Shown here: piece after piece, positions 58,245 through 64,000 of the stretch
Layout: each line of letters starts with the position of its first letter
How positions within the stretch are numbered: position 1 is the stretch's first letter
NCBI GenBank assembly: GCA_002104945.1
Contig: MCFH01000025.1
Span: forward strand, 62,001-126,000
Source of the DNA: Piromyces finnis finn
Taxonomy: Eukaryota; Fungi; Neocallimastigomycota
Length of the DNA stretch: 64,000 nucleotides
Reading direction: 5' to 3'
Program-made: the position numbers and the translations under genes
The notes under the pieces: generated by a model
Databases searched by the model: none
The model's input: only the letters and a program-made list of their open reading frames with translations
What the model was told of the DNA's origin: nothing

Positions 58245-59702
58245 ATCCTATTAGTTTTAATATTAAGAGAGATAATTATTTTGTAAAGTGATATGATCCT
58301 AATCCTAATAATCTTAAACATGAATTTTTTTATCAAATATGATTGTAAATTAATTAATAATGATACTATTGTTGTATGTTGGGTAGATAGACCTAGCACT
58401 ATAGATAATTTTGTAGCTTTTGGTGTTAAAAAACCAAAAGCTAATTCGTGTACACATGATTTTTGAAAAGAACCTGTTACCTATGCATAAGATAAACATG
58501 ACAAGAAAGTGAATCACATTTTTCAAGATAACCATGATCACCTCTGTCATAGATATATCTATAAAAAGAAAGTATGTAATGGTGATTATAAAATTAAAAA
58601 AATGGAATATTCAGAACGGTGTGGTTATATCTAAAGAATCTATAACAAATTACATTCCATTACAAAAAAATGATAACAACATAACCACTCAATTTACCGA
58701 AATCGATAATAAAACATTCCAAAATACATACAATATATAATATATCAAATTCGTATTTAAAAAAAGCTAAGACTAGTTAACTTTTTTTTTTGTTTTTTTT
58801 ATATATAAAAATAAAAATACTATTAGCATTAATATACATCAGATACATCAGGTATGGAATGGAAAGAGGAAAGAGCTTGACTGCTTGGAGCATTTCTTGC
58901 AATATCTTATGTATTCAAATATCATTAAAAAAAAAAATCTTCTATAAGGGAAATTTGATATATTATATATTGTATGTATTTTGGTATATTTTATTATACC
59001 GATTTCGGTAAATTGAGTGGTTATGTTGTCATCTTTTTTTTTTGTAATGGAACGTAATTTGTTATGGATTCTTTAGATATTACCACACCAGCTGCATGAG
59101 TAAAATATCTGAATTATTGTCCATAAATATTTAATAATATTTTATTTACTTTGTGTAACATTTAAAATTTATATTGTTTAGAAAATTATATTAATAAAAT
59201 CTAAAGAAAAAATTATCTATTTTGTTATAAATATTTACTTATTTTAAAATTTTAAAATATATTAATATAAAAGTAAACCAGCTATTCTTAATCCCAAACT
59301 AATAATATCACTAGAAGACCACAAATATCGTTCTGCATATTCCATTTTTTTAATTTAATAATCACCATCACATACTTTCTTTTTATAGATATATCTATGA
59401 CAGAGGTGATCATGGTTATCTTGAAAAATGTGATTCACTTTCTTGTCATGTTTATCTTATGCATAGGTAACAGGTTCTTTTCAAAAATCATGTGTACACG
59501 AATTAGCTTTTGGTTTTTTAACACCAAAAGCTACAAAATTATCTATAGTGCTAGGTCTATCTACCCAACATACAACAATAGTATCATTATAAATTAATTT
59601 ACAATTATATTTGATAAAAAAATTCATGTTTAAGATTATTAGGATTAGGATCATATCACTTTACAAAATAATTATCTCTATTAATACTAAAACTAGTAGG
59701 AT
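58245..59702. repeat. Long foldback (inverted duplication) of a decayed protein-coding gene fragment
   Basis: 58245-58618 pairs with 59329-59702, and 58619-58751 pairs with 58952-59088. Central spacer 58752-58951; extra 240 bp (59089-59328) only in the right arm. The same 66-aa shadow ORF appears on both strands in the ORF track. Confidence 0.93.
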
Positions 59703-60620
59703 CTAAAATAAGGAATGAAAAATGGAACAAATTTTAATTAAAGTGTTACAAAATATTTTTTGACCTAAAGATGTTATGTAGTTGTATCACACAATAAACT
59801 CCAAATGAATAGAAGCCTATTCGAACTATTCATTCTACATTAATAAAATATATATTGAAAATATAAAGAAATAACATATAAAAATAAAATATATAAAGAA
59901 TTTTTATGTTCCATTCTATTTTATAAAAATGTTTATTCGATTAAAATTAAGCATTATTAAAAAAAAAAAAAAAATTAGAGTAACAATCAATCTAATTTAA
60001 TAAACCTCTTTAGGTACATTATATTGATTTTTAATTCGTCTGTTTATACTAAATTTTAAATAACAATTCGTTTATTTTTTGTTAATAAATATATTTGGCA
60101 TAATATAATTATTATTTACAAATTTTAAAATTATAAGTAACTTTATTATCTTTAATATGTAAAACTAAATAAGTCCTTTCATTTCTTTTATTTACTATTA
60201 TATTAATAATTAATATTTTTTAAAAATAATTGGTAAAACTATCAATGAATACATTTACACTCATATAAAAATAATAGAGTATACACTTTAAATGCCTTTT
60301 ATATATGTATATATTTTATTATTTACTTTTTTTTTTTTTATTTTTTATTATATATAAATGATACTAATATTTCTTTTAAATAAAGATTTCCATTATCAAT
60401 ATCTATAATGTAACTTTTATTAAAAATGAAAATGCTCATATTAACAAATATTATTTAAATAAAAACTGATGAAAATTAAGTTTTTTATTAGAAAATAAAA
60501 AGAAAAAAAAAGATATTTTCTTAAAAGAAAATATCTTTTATATGATAAAAGTATTACGTTGTAAAAGTATATTTATGTTTTTAATTATATCAATAATAAA
60601 CATTTAATTCTATATTAAAT

Positions 60621-61956
<1,336 letters not shown>

Positions 61957-64000
61957 GATTATATATTGTTTGATATACGATTTATGAAACTAAATTATAG
62001 AAAAATATATAATGTAAGAAAAATTTATAATGTTAGTTTTATTATTTTAAATATAATAAAATACGTTTGAAAATAGATTATTTTTGAAAATAAACAAAGG
62101 ATTTATTGTATTATTTTTTTTTAATAAAGCCTTTTACCAATGGATAAATAATCCATTTGTTAAAAATTCTACAAAAATATTTTTTCACTTTACTTATCTA
62201 AACTAACTTTGTGTTTTCAATACATTTACTTTATATCTACTTTTTTTATATTTATTTTTTTTATAAACTTTATAATGATTTTTTATTATTATTATTTTCA
62301 CTATTATTAAAATAAATTTTTGTTTATTTGTTTACTTTTTTTATGATTTTTAAATATCATCTATTTTCTTATGTTATAACTTTAATATATATATTAAATT
62401 GTTTCACTCATTTTTACCTTTTAATTAAAATAAGAATAGATATAATCTGATATATAAAAACGATGTAATCTAATAAAAAATTTCTTTTTTATTAAAAAAA
62501 AAAAGTGATTTTATTTATATAAAAAAAAATAAAAAAATTTTATAAGTTCAAAATTTTTTTTTAAATGTTTCTAATTAAATATAATAAAAATTTAATATAA
62601 AATATTTATAATTATTAATTTGATAATAATAAATAATAATAAATTTAAAATAAATTTTATATTCAGATTGATATTCTTTTTTAACTATCTTTTATAAAAT
62701 AGCTACATTATTATTATCCTATTACGTAAACATAAATATTATTATTTAAATTAATAATATTATAATATATGGATTTTCAACATAATTATACTCTAATACA
62801 TTGATTATATGATTATATTATAATATATATTATAATGTATTCTATATATTATTTAATATTAAACAATAAGAATCTTTTTTATTCCATATTTAGTAATTTA
62901 ATTTAATTTACTTTTAATATACCAATTATAAATAATATATTATTAATATAATTAATATTAAAATATTTTATAGTTTTGTTCTTTCTTTTTTTGACCACCC
63001 ATCACCACACCAACAGTAGCTCAAAGTAACATCAGAAAAAAGACTAGATTATAGTTTGAATTAATATTACTAATCATTAAGAAATAAAAAATAATAAATG
63101 TTACCAGCTATTTAAACTTCTTAAAAGTCATAATTAAAGTTATTTTATCATTATAATTTTATTCATATTAAAAACAATAAGTTATACTAGAAGGGTGATA
63201 TTAAATGATTGAATAATTTATACCAGCAATAATAAAAAATGAACTGGAGTTAATGCTACCAATAAAAATAATAATAAATATATTTATATATAAATAAATA
63301 TTATAATAGAATATAAAATAATGAGTTTAAAATAATATATTTTCTTTCTTTTACTTTAAATATATAACAACTTATTTATTTATTTATTTATTGTGATATG
63401 CCTTTACGTTTAAAGTCGCCGCTTGTCATTTTAATTATTTTGTATTAAAATTTATTTAAATATATTACTAGTTAATTGCTATATATTTATTGTAATTTTT
63501 ATATATTAATGAATATATTTCTGTATATATATTTATAATATAAATAATATTTGTTTAAAAATTAATTTAAAAATTTACCCACTATATTGGCTTTTATTTT
63601 TTAAATAATTTTATATAAAGTAATATATAAAATAAAAAAAAAAATGTATTATACATTTTAATAGAATAAAATTCATATGAAAAAATAGGAATGGCTTATA
63701 ATATTTATGATAAATTTAGAAGATATCACATGACATTTACGTGATAAATGCTGTTTTATGTAGAAAAAAATAAATGTTAAATGTAAAATGACATGGTTTT
63801 TTTTTTTTAATTTTTTCATTAATTAGGTTATAATATTTCTTTTTTTTTTTTTTTCTAAATATTTGCATGTTTAATCTTATACAAACCAAATTATATTAAA
63901 ACAAAAAGTCTTCTTAATAATAAAAATCTACTAGTTTGTTTAAATTAATATGACTTTTTCAATAATTTAAATTATTCAATTATAACAAGATTATATGTAT

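Noticed and set aside
58350-59597. Identical 66-aa ORFs on opposite strands (58350-58550 and 59397-59597) as a duplicated small gene
   Set aside because: They are antisense shadows of the decayed gene in the foldback arms; the coding-like frame is on the opposite strand and is broken by stops.
62960-63430. GC-richer minus-strand patches with donor-like GTAA sites (MTSGDFKRK, ALTPVHFLLLL, ATVGVVMGGQKKK) suggesting a small multi-exon gene
   Set aside because: I could not join them into one stop-free, recognisable protein; needs RNA-seq.

Overview
Extremely AT-rich, intron-rich eukaryotic DNA, most consistent with an anaerobic gut fungus (Neocallimastigomycota). The basis is the base composition, short GT-AG introns, a ciliary B9D2 gene and a class C GPCR fused to a bacterial-type solute-binding domain. 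Housekeeping genes: 3' end of an ATM/Tel1 kinase, PTPA, NOP10, B9D2, IMP4, RAB11. Other genes: a DUF2433-type metallophosphoesterase-like/RRM-like protein with a long Asn-rich tail, a GT8 glycosyltransferase, the solute-binding-domain GPCR, two intronless ankyrin-repeat proteins, a low-complexity UBA/CUE-like protein and a secreted transglutaminase-like protein. The accessory content is the most interesting part. (i) A dead APE-type non-LTR retrotransposon (about 49.9-54.7 kb) with a hairpin-rich, tandemly repeated leader and two inverted copies of its 3' end next to it. (ii) A poly(A)-tailed non-coding insertion in a PTPA intron that shares an ungapped 44-nt motif (36/44 by hand alignment) with the 3' end of that retrotransposon, suggesting a SINE/LINE-type partnership or a conserved cis RNA element. 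(iii) A second structured, A-tailed island at about 30 kb. (iv) A 1.46-kb foldback built from an already-dead, intron-containing gene. No rRNA, tRNA or CRISPR array was seen. Exon boundaries were read by eye and family assignments are from motif recognition, not database searches.
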